The position numbers and the translations under genes are program-made. The notes below the pieces were generated by a model. That model saw only the letters and a program-made list of their open reading frames with translations. It ran no database searches and was not told the DNA's origin. A stretch of 64,000 bases of DNA from Octopus sinensis (lineage: Eukaryota), in NCBI RefSeq assembly GCF_006345805.1, contig NW_021833748.1, positions 1-64,000 on the forward strand, written 5' to 3'. The stretch's first letter is position 1. Each line of letters begins with the position of its first letter. This document shows, piece after piece, positions 48,406-63,500 of the stretch.

Positions 48406-49679
48406 ACACCGCGAATTACATATTTTCGTGATACCCTGATTTAGCCAGACTCGCTTCTTAATTTTCCCCAATTCTGTGATTCATTTGAAAATCAAGTATA
48501 CAATCTCTACTAAGTGTTCTTCCAAGATACACAAAGTGCTTTCCATCATTTTACGTCTGTTTCCTCCCACAAAAATGTCAAGCTCTACATACGCTGTACA
48601 TGACATCTGTCTTTTTGTGCTGATATTTAACCCAAATTGCTGGTCTTCTGCCGAAATTTGAAACCAATATTTAGCCCAAATTCTGCGCATGCATTGGGGG
48701 AGATGCTAAATATCATATGCATGTCGTTCACCGGATACATCGAATACGTTTCCTCAGCAGCATAAGCCAAGAATACCAGATATTTCCTACTTGTAGTTAA
48801 AACGTCATGGATCAAAGACTTGGTAGAGGCTCTAGGTCCCATGTACACATCGAATTCAAAGTATTAGAAGGCGTACGCAAGTAGCAGGGCAAAATATATG
48901 GAAAATAGATTGGGTGAAGTTAAGTCACTTTATCTGAGCCTTTCTATAAAAATTGGCTCTGAATGTGACGCATTGAAGTTTTGCCCTCAAGTATTTTGCC
49001 CCCAAATCTTGAAACAGTGGCTCTTGTTGCTGAACACGGTCCTCCATTGGTTGGCGAGCTGAGAAAATCAGTCATGGCATCCCACGTAGCTCTAGGTCTC
49101 AGGGATGGCCCCAGAACAAATCTGTTTGTTAGATTATTCAGAAAAATCTTGGATAAAACTTTTCCTACTGATTCGAGGAGATTAAGCCACTCTTCATGTT
49201 TCAAGTTTCACATTGCAGTTTCACTTTGCCTCTTTGAAGTCCTTCTCAAAACTGGCCCACACTTGTCCCGTTGCGACAAGGCATCGTTCTCCTGTTCAAT
49301 GCACCTGGTGATTGTAGCATCATTATTATCGAAACAGTGTCAGTATTTTGCCCTCTTAAGACCGACTATTTCACCCCTCTATGTTTGGACTGATCCCAAC
49401 TTTCTTTAACGAAAATATTATCAAGTACGTTATGCAGTACATATACTCTTTACTCTCTTTTACTCTTTTACTTGTTTCCGTCATTTGACTGCGGCCATGC
49501 TGGAGCACCGCCTTTAGTCGAGCAAATCGACCCCGGGACTTATTCTTTGTAAGCCCAGTACTTATTCTATCGGTCTCTTTTGCCGAACCGCTAGTTTACG
49601 TGAACGTAAACACACCAGCATCAGTTGTTAAGCAATGCTAGGGGAACAAACACAGACACACAAACACACACACACACAC

Positions 49680-49759
<80 letters not shown>

Positions 49760-50359
49760 TACGACAGGCTTCTTTCAGTTTCCGTCTACCAAATCCACTC
49801 ACAAGGCATCGGTCGGCCGGGGGCTATAGCAGAAGACACTTGCCCAAGATGCCACGCAGTGGGACTGAACCCGGAACCATGCGGTTGGTTAGCAAGCTAC
49901 TTACCACACAGCCACTCCTGCGCCTATCGCATTTTTCGATTTGCAGTTTGAATATATCTATACGTTTTGGCATTTTGAACCCTGCTTTAGTCGGCCCTAA
50001 GCTATAGTAGAAGTCACTTGGCCAAGGTGCCACGCAGTGGGACTGAACCCAGAACCATGTGGTTGGTAACCAAGCTTCTAACCACACAGCCACACCTGCG
50101 CTATATTGTCAACTCTTCTGACTTGTATAACTACAACTTCTTCCGCTCTAAGCAAGTTGGCTCACCGAGCTGGGCCTATTGGTGATATATGAGTTAGAAA
50201 TAAGAGTCAAACCCGTAGGAAGATAGTGTTTTGTGGCAATTGAGTTATTTTGACTCTTATTTCTAGCAGTACTGGTGCTGATTAGTGCCCTTCGTTCACT
50301 TTAGTGACGTATATATTTCTGCCTTTAGGTTGTAAAACTGAGAATTATCCACCCATATT

Positions 50360-50394
<35 letters not shown>

Positions 50395-50576
50395 CCCACA
50401 CACACACACATATATATATATATGTATGTATATATATATATTTATACTTACATATATAAATATATTCGTAAGTAATATATATATACATTTTATTATATAT
50501 ATATATATATATATGTGTATATATATATATATATATATACACACATTAAATCTGTTTATGTATGTATATATATATG

Positions 50577-50617
<41 letters not shown>

Positions 50618-53108
50618 TATACATGTATGTATATATGCATGTATATATAAATGTATATATATGTATGTATACACATAAATATGTATCTATAATTTCTATC
50701 ATACAAATAAATGTACTTATAAATAAAGATGTATACACAAATATATTAGTATATATTAATAGATATATTTCTATACGCATATGCGCACTCACACACACAC
50801 ACAGAAACAATGCATAAATGTAGGTGTATGCGTGGGTGTATATGCACACGTGCGTACATATTTTGCATATATAACATATATGTAAATAACAGCAATTTCA
50901 TAAAATACTTTTAACAAGCAAGCTATACGCATATACACATGCATAGATACATTCATACAGAATCAAATATATGTATATATGTGTATTATTTACACCCATA
51001 TCTACATACATATATTTATATATATACACATCTGTGCGTGTATGTGATATTTAAGCACAAACGCTAGCATCACTTAATACGTATCAGTTGCTGTGTTAAG
51101 TATAATGTCGGGATTCCTCCTCCTGGTAATGTAAGTTTGAATACCTCCTTATGCAATATCAAGAACATGAAAACGCCATTTCTGACGTTGTAGGTATTTA
51201 AGTTAGCTAACGACTATTACTAAGTGATTAAACAGTGAAAATAAATTAATTAAATACTTAGATTCAACATGAATGCTAAAATATGAAACAGTTTTAATTG
51301 AAGCCAAATTTTCTTAGTTTCTGTGAGTTTTTATTGATGATCATTAAATTGACGAAAATTAAAACTATGTTCCAGTGAACACCATAGAGAAACCTTCCAA
51401 AATTTACTTATGTGTATATGTATGTATGCATGTATGTATGTATGCATGTATGTATGTATGCATGTATGTATGTATGTATGTATGTATGTATGTATGTATG
51501 TATGTATGTATGTATGTATGTATGTACGTATGTATGTATGTATGCATGCATGTATGTGTGTGTATGCATGCATGCATGTATGTATGTATGTATGCATGCA
51601 CGTATGTATGTATGTATGTATGTAAGTATGTATGTATGTATGTATGTATGTATGTATGTATGTATGTATGCTGGTGTGTTTACGTCCCCGTAACTTAGCG
51701 GTTCGGCAATAGAGACCGATAGAATAAGACTGGGCTTACAAAGAATAAGTCCCGGGGTCGATTTGCTTGACTAAAGGCGGTGCTCCAGCATGGCCGCAGT
51801 CAAATGACTGAAACCAGTAAAAGAGTAAAGAGTAAAGAGTACACCGCGAATTACATATTTTCGTGATACCCGATTTTAGCCAGACTCGCTTCTTAATTTT
51901 CCCCAATTCTGTGATTCATTTGAAAATCAAGTATACAATCTCTACTAAGTGTTCTTCCAAGATACACAAAGTGCTTTCCATCATTTTACGTCTGTTTCCT
52001 CCCACAAAAATGTCAAGCTCTACATACGCTGTACATGACATCTGTCTTTTTGTGCTGATATTTAACCCAAATTGCTGGTCTTCTGCCGAAATTTGAAACC
52101 AATATTTAGCCCAAATTCTGCGCATGCATTGGGGGAGATGCTAAATATCATATGCCTGTCGTTCACCGGATACATCGAATACGTTTCCTCAGCAGCATAA
52201 GCCAAGAATACCAGATATTTCCTACTTGTAGTTAAAACGTCATGGATCAAAGACTTGGTAGAGGCTCTAGGTCCCATGTACACATCGAATTCAAAGTATT
52301 AGAAGGCGCACGCAAGTAGCAGGGCAAAATATATGGAAAATAGATTGGGTGATGTTAAGTCACTTTATCTGAGCCTTTCTATAAAAATTGGCTCTGAATG
52401 TGACGCATTGAAGTTTTGCCCTCAAGTATTTTGCCCCCAAATCTTGAAACAGTGGCTCTTGTTGCTGAACACGGTCCTCCATTGGTTGGCGAGCTGAGAA
52501 AATCATGTCCATGGCATCCCACGTAGCTCTAGGTCTCAGGGATGGCCCCAGAACAAATCTGTTTGTTAGATTATTCAGAAAAATCTTGGATAAAACTTTT
52601 CCTACTGATTCGAGGAGATTAAGCCACTCTTCATGTTTCAAGTTTCACATTGCAGTTTCACTTTGCCTCTTTGAAGTCCTTCTCAAAACTGGCCCACACT
52701 TGTCCCGTTGCGACAAGGCATCGTTCTCCTGTTCAATGCACCTGGTGATTGTAGCATCATTATTATCGAAACAGTGTCAGTATTTTGCCCTCTTAAGACC
52801 GACTATTTCACCCCTCTATGTTTGGACTGATCCCAACTTTCTTTAACGAAAATATTATCAAGTACGTTATGCAGTACATATACTCTTTACTCTCTTTTAC
52901 TCTTTTACTTGTTTCCGTCATTTGACTGCGGCCATGCTGGAGCACCGCCTTTAGTCGAGCAAATCGACCCCGGGACTTCTTATTTGTAAGCCCAGTACTT
53001 ATTCTATCGGTCTCTTTTGCCGAACCGCTAGTTTACGTGGACGTAAACACACCAGCATCGGTTGTTAAGCAATGCTAGGGGGACAAACACAGACACACAC
53101 CCACACAC

Positions 53109-53157
<49 letters not shown>

Positions 53158-53876
53158 TTATATACGACAGGCTTCTTTCAGTTTCCGTCTACCAAATCCA
53201 CTCACAAGCATCGGTCGGCCCGGGGCTATAGCAGAAGACACTTGCCCAAGATGCCACGCAGTGGGACTGAACCCGGAACCATGCGGTTGGTTAGCAGCTA
53301 CTTACCACACAGCCACTCCTGCGCCTATCGTATTTTTCGATTTGCAGTTTGAATATATCTATACGTTTTGGCATTTTGAACCCTGCTTTAGTCGGCCCTA
53401 AGCTATAGTAGAAGTCACTTGGCCAAGGCGCCACGCAGTGGGACTGAACCCAGAACCATGTGGTTGGTAACCAAGCTTCTAACCACACAGCCACACCTGC
53501 GCTATATTGTCAACTCTTCTGACTTGTATAACTACAACTTCTTCCGCTCTAAGCAAGTTGGCTCACCGAGCTGGGCCTATTGGTGATATATGAGTTAGAA
53601 ATAAGAGTCAAACCCGTAGGAAGATAGTGTTTTGTGGCTATTGAGTTGTTTTGACTCTTATTTCTAGCAGTACTGGTGCTGATTAGTGCTCTTCGTTCAC
53701 TTTAGTGACGTATATATTTCTGCTTTAGGTTGTAAAACTGAGAATTATCCACCCATATTGCACACACACACACACACACAACACACACACAACACACACA
53801 CATATATATTATATTGTATGTATATATATATTTTTACTTACATATATAAATATATTCGTAGTAATATATATATACA

Positions 53877-53923
<47 letters not shown>

Positions 53924-55150
53924 ATACACATTAAATCTGTTTATGTATGTATATATATATATGTATATGTATATATAATATATATATATAATATATACAT
54001 GCATATACATGTATGTATATATATATGCATGTATATATAAATGTATATATATGTATGTATACACATAAATATGTATCTATAATTTCTATCATACAAATAA
54101 ATGTACTTATAAATAAAGATGTATACACAAATATATTCGTATATATTAATAGATATATTTCTATACGCATATGCGCACTCACACACACACACAAAACAAT
54201 GCATAATGTAGGTGTATGCGTGGGTGTTATGCACATGTGCGTACATATTTTGCATATATAACATATATGTAAATAACAGCAATTTCATAAAATACTTTTA
54301 ACAAGCACTATCGCATATCACATGCATAGATACATTCATACAGATCATATATGTATATAAGTGTATTATTTACACCATATCTACATACATATATTTATTA
54401 TATAACACATCTGTGTGTGTATGTGATATTTAAGCACAAACGCTAGCATCACTTAATACGTGTCAGTTGCTGTGTTTTAAGTATAATGTCGGGATTCCTC
54501 CTGCTGTAATGTAAGTTTGAATACCTCCTTATGCAATATCAAAAACATGAAAACCCCATTTCTGACGTTGTAGGTATTTAAGTTAGCTAACGACTATTAC
54601 TAAGTGATTAAACAGTGAAAATATAATTAAATACTTAGATTCAACATGAATGCTAAAATATGAAACAGTTTTTAAGTTGAAGCCAAATTTTTCTTAGTTT
54701 CTGTGAGTTTTTATTGATGATCATTAAATTGACGAAAATTAAAACTATGTTCCAGTGAACACCATAGAGAAACCTTCCAAAATTTACTATGTGTATATGT
54801 ATGTATGCATGTATGTATGTATGCATGTATGTATGTATGCAGTATGTATGTATGTATGTATGTATGTATGTATTTATGGTATGTGTGTATGTATGTACGT
54901 ATGTATGTATGTATGCATGCATGTATGTGTCTGTATGCATGCACATGTATGTATGTATGTATGTATGCATGCACGTATGTATGTATGTAATGTATGTAAG
55001 TATGTATGTATGTATGTATGTATGTATGTATGTATGTGCATGTATGCATGTATGTATGCAGTATGTATGTATGGTTTATGTATGTATGTATGTATGTATG
55101 CATGCATGCATGCATGTATGTATGTTATGTATGTATGTATGTATGTATGT
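48234..55150. repeat. Tandem duplication of a ~3.44-kb segment (48234-51669 and 51670-~55150)
   Basis: Offset ~3436 at the start. Both copies contain the RTE fragment, a minus-strand SINE B (49445-49925; 52885-53325), a partial SINE B head and the same unique spacers. Confidence 0.92.
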
Positions 55151-56024
55151 ATTTATGTATTTAGACATCCATATATTTATAAATACAGCTTGTCTTAATA
55201 AAATGTATACATAAGTTGAATGATTATATTCTTTTCATTTTTGTTCTAGTTGTTTCGGTCATTAAACTGCGGCCAAACTGGACCACCACCACCTTGAAGA
55301 AGTTTTGTCGAATGAATACAGACGAAGAGTATTTCTATATAGATGCCAGGACACGTTTTATTAAACAGAAAATAGCTAACCATGAAAATTCTTTTAGAAA
55401 TAAGGAGAAGAAAATTATACTTGTCTAAGTACATTAATTTGGCCGCTGAAAGATAGTAACAAAATATATTCGATTGGCTGGGATATCATTAGTAAGGCTA
55501 AGACTTATAGAATAGGGGGTGAAAATGCGTTGAGGAAATGTACCAAATTTTCACTTCTAAATTTCATCTAATATATACAAGACACTGTATACATAAGAAA
55601 TTATTAGAATGATAGAAATGATTAGAATAACAATTGTGATAACAAGAACCAAAAAATAGATTAAACTTGATTGATTAGCTCTAAACCAAGATACTCTGTT
55701 TAAAATGAGTGAAATGATAGACTTCTAGTAGTAATGGTAAGTCTACATTCACATTCAATCCAGCCTTGACTTATTTTTAGACTACGTTTCGCTTCATCTA
55801 CCACATATAGTAGAAGTGAACCCCAGATCGGAATTCCAACAACTATTAACATAGCACCGACACCTTCTAAAAAAACTTTATTCAGTTTGCTGATTCCTTC
55901 AGTTTCACTTCGAAACGGCAGAGAGTAAGGCCTGTGATGAAACTGCACCGACCTTGACACCAGATTGCATATCCAACAGTGCGCCGTTGATGCAGGTGAA
56001 ATGTGCGAAGATCCAGAAAAGGAT

Positions 56025-56432
56025 ACTCTTTACTCTTTTTACTTTTACTTGTTTCAGTCATTTGACTGCGGCCATGCTGGAGCACCGCCTTTAGTCGAGC
56101 AAATCGACCCCGGGACTTATTCTTTGTAAGCCCAGTACTTATTCTATCGGTCTCTATTGCCGAACCGCTAAGTGACGGGGACGTAAACACACCAGCATCG
56201 GTTGTCAAGCAATGCTAGGGGAACAAACACACACACATACACACACATACATATATATATATATACATATATACGACAGGCTTCTTTCAGTTTCCGTCTA
56301 CCAATCCACTCACAAGCATTGGTCGGCCCGGGGCTATAGCAGAAGACACTTGCCCAGATGCCACGCAGTGGGACTGAACCCAGAACCATGTGGTTGGTTA
56401 GCAAACTACTTACCACACAGCCACTCCTGCGC
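56025..56432 (-). mobile_element. SINE B
   Basis: Full-length match to family B. Confidence 0.9.
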
Positions 56433-56669
56433 CTATACTATAAATAACTGTTAATAAGATTATGGATATGAAAACTCTCCGTTCTCCTTATGACTTTAAG
56501 AAATAAGGACAAAAATCATTGTAATTTGGTCGCTGAAAGATAGTAGCAAAATATATTGGATTGGCTGGGATATTATTAATTACTTCCTCTACGGAAATTC
56601 TGCAGTCCTGAATCGGACACTCGGATTTACCCAGCGAGAAAAGTTACCATAATTTAGCAACATAAAGGT

Positions 56670-57065
56670 GCAGGAGTGGCTGTGTGGTAAGTAGCTTGCT
56701 AACCAACCACATGGTTCCGGGTTCAGTCCCACTGCGTGGCATCTTGGGCAAGTGTCTTCTGCTATAGCCCCGGGTCGACCAATGCCTTGTGAGTGGATTT
56801 GGTAGACGGAAACTGAAAGAAGCCTGTCATCTATATGTATGTATATATATATATATATATATGTGTGTGTTTGTCCCCCTAGCATTGCTTGACAACCGAT
56901 GCTGGTGTGTTTACGTCCCCATCACTTAGCTGTTCGGCAAAAAGAGACCGATAGAATAAGTACTGGGCTTACAAAGAATAAGACCCGGGGTCGATTTGCT
57001 CGACTAAAGGCGGTGCTCCAGCATGGCCGCAGTCAAATGACTGAAACAAGTAAAAGAGTAAGAGT
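56670..57065 (+). mobile_element. SINE B
   Basis: Full-length match, inverted relative to the 56025-56432 copy. Confidence 0.9.
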
Positions 57066-57913
57066 AACTTATTGTTAGATCGGATATCACAAAAGGACTG
57101 TTGTGGTTAGCCGGCATCTGATACTGTACATAATTCCTCATCTTTTAAATATAGAACTGTATGCGTAAGATAGTTAAGGTTCAGGAATATTAAGCAGAGG
57201 TAATACTCTGATAAGTGGGTCTACTAATAACATTTAAACTAGCAAATAGTGTTGTATATAGGATTTAATAGAACTTAGAGAATACGAATCGGTCTTTATG
57301 CAAACAAAATGTATTATTCTACTCTTATTGAGTAGAGGTGATATGGCCAATAAAATTAGTAGTTTCTCACATATACAGAGTTCACATCGCTTATTGTTTA
57401 TGCTATAGGACGAAGGTTTTTGCTAGGATACGCCATTCTAAACTACAGTTGATTTTTTGTCTTCTAATTCCCAAATGTAGCTACTAAGGCATGTAGAGTG
57501 TGCTTTGGTTCTGTTTGTAAAGGTAGATTGGTGGGAAATGTATCTTAGTATCATTTTGTTTCTCGTGGCTCCTGTATAAGATTTCGTATGGTTATTTGTG
57601 TGTACATCGCATTGGTATATTACGTTTTTTTATGGGGGGGTTAAACACATCTAACTTATACCTTACTATATATATATATATATATATATAGATATAATAT
57701 TATATTATATATATATATATATATTATAATATATATTTATATGTATAGCTGGTCATTCAGCCCTATTATCAACCCTATTATCTCCCCTTATTTCGCTCTC
57801 GCGTCTCATGTTGATCTTGACTTCTGGCCGAAATCAGATCGCCATGTTGATTCGTTAGTTACTGCACGCATTTTTTTCTCTCCTTCTTTCTGTGTTTTTT
57901 TTCTCTCTGTGTA

Positions 57914-57951
57914 TCTTTCTGTTTAAGAGCGTAGGCTCGAAACGTTAAAGA
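57914..57951 (+). ncRNA. Degenerate minimal hammerhead motif
   Basis: TCTTT-CTGTTTA-A-GAGC(GTAG)GCTC-GAAAC-GTT-AAAGA; the stems pair but CUGAUGA is mutated to CTGTTTA. Confidence 0.55.
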
Positions 57952-58048
57952 CTTGTTTTATTTATATTTCCTGAGCGCCATACTAATACAATTGTTTGTT
58001 TGTTTCCCACCTGCCTTCGTCTTTTGTCTATTTTCATAAAGCTTCCCG

Positions 58049-58189
<141 letters not shown>

Positions 58190-58265
58190 TATATGTGAGC
58201 GCGTGTGTACCATTGGCGATTCTTTTTCCTCTGTCTTCCCTTCTCTGGATTTTTCCTTCTCCTAT

Positions 58266-58300
58266 GTTTCCGAAGAAGAGCTCCGCTCGAAACGTTAAAC
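58266..58300 (+). ncRNA. Minimal type I hammerhead motif (U4C variant) of Penelope-like type
   Basis: GTTT-CCGAAGA-A-GAGC(TCC)GCTC-GAAAC-GTT-AAAC; palindromic AACGTT stem III; GUU triplet. Confidence 0.72.
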
Positions 58301-59008
58301 CCTCCTTCTTTCCTTCTTTCCTGAGCGTCCAATAATACTATATTTGTTCCACGTCCTCGCGTTGTTGTGTTTTTTTGTGCTTTCATGTATATATATATAT
58401 ATCAACTGGAACCCACTTTATTGTAACCGATGTAGTGCCAGTTTTAGTTACAATATGCATGTATATCAATTTGTGCGTATGCGAAACTTTTGGAAGTGAC
58501 TTCGAAGCTTCTTTATAAAAATTATGTAATCTACCAAGATATACTTCGCAACGCTCAGCTTTAAATTAAATTGTTTTTATATATATAAATAGACGGACAT
58601 TTGTATACATACATAAACACACGTATATATATATATATATATAGATATACATGTGTGCGTATGTATGTGTATGTGTCTATCCTCGTGTGTGTGTGTGTGT
58701 GTGTGTTCTTATGCGTGTGTATGTACATGTGTGCGTATATATAATGTGGATAGCTACCAGATATATACATACAAGTTTTGTATATAAATATACATATATA
58801 GAGATATATACATATATATACATATGTATATATATATATATATATATACACCCACACACACACACATGTGTTAAGGAATAGAATAGAAAAGATCCGGGTT
58901 ACATGTGTATCATAGCGAGTGGAACCTTCAAAATGATAAATATCCAAGCGAGGTGTATAAGATTCAATAAATGCACCCACCCACCCACATATATATATTA
59001 CATAGATT

Positions 59009-59094
<86 letters not shown>

Positions 59095-60263
59095 ATGTGT
59101 GTGTGTGTGTATAAATAATGTAGGTGGTTTATCAGCAATTTATAATGTAAAGGCAAATTTATAGACGTCACTACAGTGACATGGAGTACAAAATGCAACA
59201 AGCATTGTTATAAATTTGAGCCAAAACGACTCGTTAGCCAGAGAATTGCCAGGAAGCCACCCACATTATTTACAGTATATGCTTCTACCGTTTTTGAAAT
59301 CATCACATATTTACAACGATTTGTTATAATATGAGGAGGCGAGTTGAGGTTAATCCTAAGGTGATAAGGCTACCGTAAGGAGCTTTGCTTTCTTTGTCAA
59401 CGTATTAACATAGTGCTTTTGTGGTTAAGGAGCTGTTTTGAATCTTATTTGTAGCAATGCAGGTACCACTTTGCACCCACTGTCCCCTTAGCGATCTTTC
59501 TCTCTCTCTATGTGGACGCTCTTGCGCTAAAAATAGATCCGCAATGGTCTCAACCACCAAGAATTGTTCTCAACGAAAATTAGCACAACTATGAACGTAA
59601 GCGAGCAGGACAAATGAAAAATAACAAAAATGTAGATCAACCCTAAACAATTATTTCACTGTTAATAAATTATACAATTTTACTTACACAATAAATCCAC
59701 AGCTCATCAGTAGGTTTCGTCATGAATATAATTTGTTGAACTGCACGCCAGATTTTAACACTAAGTCAAACGCACGTGTACTTCAGCCTATTATATTCGC
59801 AGTTATGTTCGAATGTCCTCGTTCTAGCGCGCCCGGAAACAAATAGTAGTTAGTACCGGTTTGAGAACATATTAATTTATAATTCAAAAATAAGGGTGAA
59901 AAATTGGATATTAATTTAATAACACCAATTCAACACCAAGCGGTCCAGCGCACAAAAACTGAGATTCAGTAATTAATACACAAATATAAGAGAGGGTCCA
60001 CTATGTGGACGCTCTTGAGCTAAAAATAGATCTGCAATGGTCTCAACCACCAAGAAATGTTCTCAAATAAAATTGGCACAACTATGAACGTAAGCGAGCG
60101 TGTATATGTGTTTATGTGTGTATGAATATATATACATATATTCTTACATACATACACAGATACACCTATGTGCATAAATGTAGACTTTCTAACTTAGAGG
60201 GTGTTAGTTTCTAATTGTCTCCTTGAATTCTTTCTCGTTATCTTTTCTATACATGAAAGAGAG

Positions 60264-60650
60264 GAGGCGCAATGGCCCAGTAGTTAGGGCAGCGGACTCG
60301 CGGTCGTAGGATCGCGGTTTCGATTCCCAGACCGGGCGTTGTGAGTGTTTATTGAGCGAAAACACCTAAAGCTCCACGAGGCTCCGGCAGGGGGTGGTGG
60401 TCATCCCTGCTGTACTCTTTCACCACAACTTTCTCTCACTCTTACTTCCTGTTTCTGTTGTACCTTGTATTTCAAAGGGCCGGCCTTGTCACTCTCTGTG
60501 TCACGCTGAATATCCCCGAGAACTACGTTAAGGGTACACGTGTCTGTGGAGTGCTCAGCCACTTGCACGTTAATTTCACGAGCAGGCTGGCTGTTCCGTT
60601 GATCGGATCAACCGGAACCCTCGTCGTCGTAACCGACGGAGTGCTTACAT
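60264..60650 (+). mobile_element. SINE C
   Basis: Full-length match to family C. Confidence 0.9.
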
Positions 60651-60795
60651 CCACATGAAAGGGCAGATTGTGCGAAACATCGCATTCGCCACTCCTTGAA
60701 GCAAGTTCATCATTTGCTGCCTAACAATTTTAACAATTAACACAAGTTTTGCCTACGCAGACAAACATCATTTTCCGCATTTTCTGTTACAGCAC

Positions 60796-60883
<88 letters not shown>

Positions 60884-61029
60884 ATGTATGTATACATACC
60901 TATGCAAACTCGGAGAAATATAGACATAAGTGTACAGAAAAACGGAAAAAGAAAAAAAGTAGAATTGATTGAGGTGTTTCCGTTTTCGGGATGGATAGAC
61001 GGTTAACAACGCAACATCCTCGTCCTCCA

Positions 61030-61105
61030 CTTCATCATCGCCAACATCATCATCATCATCACCATCATCACCATCATCATCATCATCATCACCATCATCA
61101 CCATC

Positions 61106-61168
<63 letters not shown>

Positions 61169-61171
61169 ATC

Positions 61172-61203
<32 letters not shown>

Positions 61204-61252
61204 CATCATCATCGTCATCATCATCATCATCATCATCATCACCATCACCATC

Positions 61253-61302
<50 letters not shown>

Positions 61303-61553
61303 CATCATCATCATCATCATCATCGCCGTCATCGTCGTCTTCGACATCGCCATCATCATCGCCGTCATCACATTCTCATCAACATCATCATCATCATTAT
61401 CATCATCATCATCATCATCATCGCCACCTCCACCATCATTATCATCGTCATCGTCGTCTTCGCCATCGCCATCATCACATTCTCATCAACATCATCATCA
61501 CCATCATCATCATCATCACCATCATCACCATCATCATCATCACCATCACCATC

Positions 61554-61585
<32 letters not shown>

Positions 61586-61596
61586 CATCATCATCC

Positions 61597-61630
<34 letters not shown>

Positions 61631-62038
61631 CATCATCATCATCATCATCATCGCCGTCATCGTCGTCTTCGACATCGCCATCATCATCGCCGTCATCACA
61701 TTCTCATCAACATCATCATCATCATCATCATCGCCACCTACACCACCATTATCATCATCATCGTCGTCTTCGCCATCGCCATCATCACATTCTCATCGAC
61801 ATCATCATCACCATCATCAACAGCATCACCATCATCATCAACATCATCATCACCACCACCATCATCATCATCATCATCATCTCATCATCATCACCATCAT
61901 CATCATCAACATCATCATCACCATCATCATGATCATCATCATCACCATCATCATCACCACCACCATCATCATCACCATCATCATCACCACCACCATCATC
62001 ATCATCATCATTATCAACATCATCATCACCATCATCAT

Positions 62039-62078
<40 letters not shown>

Positions 62079-62268
62079 CCATCATCATCACCACCACCAT
62101 CATCATCATCATCATCCTCATCAGCACCACCATTATCATCGTCATCGTCGTCGTCCTCGCCATCGTCATCATCATCGCCGTCGTTGCCGTTATCCTCGCC
62201 GTTCTCATCACCATCATCAACATCATCATCATCATCATCATCATCATTGTTATCGACAGCACCATCCT
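61030..62268. repeat. (CAT)n tract of ~1.2 kb with higher-order repeated variant blocks
   Basis: Read directly; block CGCCGTCATCGTCGTCTTCGACATCGCC recurs near 61324 and 61652, with partial versions near 61445 and 61755. Confidence 0.95.
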
Positions 62269-62454
62269 AATCAAGGTACCTATGTAAATATCAACCCACC
62301 TATCTCCCCCAGTCAACGAGAAACCTTCGATTTTAATTGGCGCCTCCGTTTCTTAGATCCGTTTCGCTACGTACGTACGTACGTACTTATATGTGGGTGG
62401 GATAATATGTGATGTTTGTGTTTGTGTGGAATGTATGTGTTGTGTGTGTGTGTG

Positions 62455-62490
<36 letters not shown>

Positions 62491-62654
62491 GTGCGTGAGT
62501 TTGTATGTGTATGTATGCATGTATGTATGTGTGTAAGTATGGGCCTAAGTGGGTCTATCGTTGCCGAAATGTCCAGACAACACCCACCAATCCCATCATT
62601 GATAATGCATCCTACGTCAATGGAAAGTGTTTAAACAATGCACATTGTGCCTTT

Positions 62655-62809
62655 ATGTATGTATATGTTTGTATGCACATATATACATACATATATATAC
62701 ATATATATATATATGTATATATACGTACATATATATATATATATATATAAATACATACATATATATATATATGCATACATACATATATATATGCATACAT
62801 ACATATATA

Positions 62810-62845
<36 letters not shown>

Positions 62846-62972
62846 TATACATACATATATACATACATACATATATATATATACATCCATACATATATAT
62901 ACATACATACATATATATATACATGCATACACATATATATATACATGCATATATATATATACACATACATAC

Positions 62973-63021
<49 letters not shown>

Positions 63022-63219
63022 CATGCATTTATATATATATATATATACATTCATATATATATATATATACATACATACAAACATGCATATATATATACAT
63101 ACCTACATATATATATATATACAAACATATACACATGCAGATATATATACATACATACATACACATATACATACAGACGTACACATATACATACATGCAC
63201 ACCCACACACCCACCCACC

Positions 63220-63255
<36 letters not shown>

Positions 63256-63447
63256 CGTAGATATATATATAGAGTGAGAGAGAGATAGAAACATGTACAT
63301 GCTATATATGTATATACAGATATATTTATAAATACATACACACGCACTAACACACACACACACACTTACAAATGTATATATACGTATATAAATACATACA
63401 TATATATATACATACATACAACATATATGTATGCGTGTATACATACA

Positions 63448-63484
<37 letters not shown>

Positions 63485-63500
63485 AACATGTGTGTCTTTG
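62655..63500. repeat. (TA)n/(TACA)n compound microsatellite
   Basis: Read directly. Confidence 0.95.

Larger units (their letters stand above)
46150..49420 (-). mobile_element. Old degenerate RTE-clade LINE (RT through C-terminal finger) interrupted by SINE insertions
   Basis: Fragments in expected order: LLESVGKVLSKIFLN, (DMI)FSARQ (clearer in duplicate at ~52505), SPNLFSIYFALLLAYAF, ACAEFGLNI, FVYLGRTLS, GCETWT, VVRMKVGRLPKQIFFGE, NACGRFLLSRA. Confidence 0.8.

Noticed and set aside
55768-55805. Minus-strand AGATGAAGCGAAACGTAGTC as a hammerhead
   Set aside because: The GAAAC-GTA-GTC half fits, but C3/U4, stem II and stem I are missing.
60264-60340. Functional tRNA genes at SINE heads
   Set aside because: A and B boxes are present, but acceptor stems and cloverleafs are incomplete and each head continues into a SINE body.
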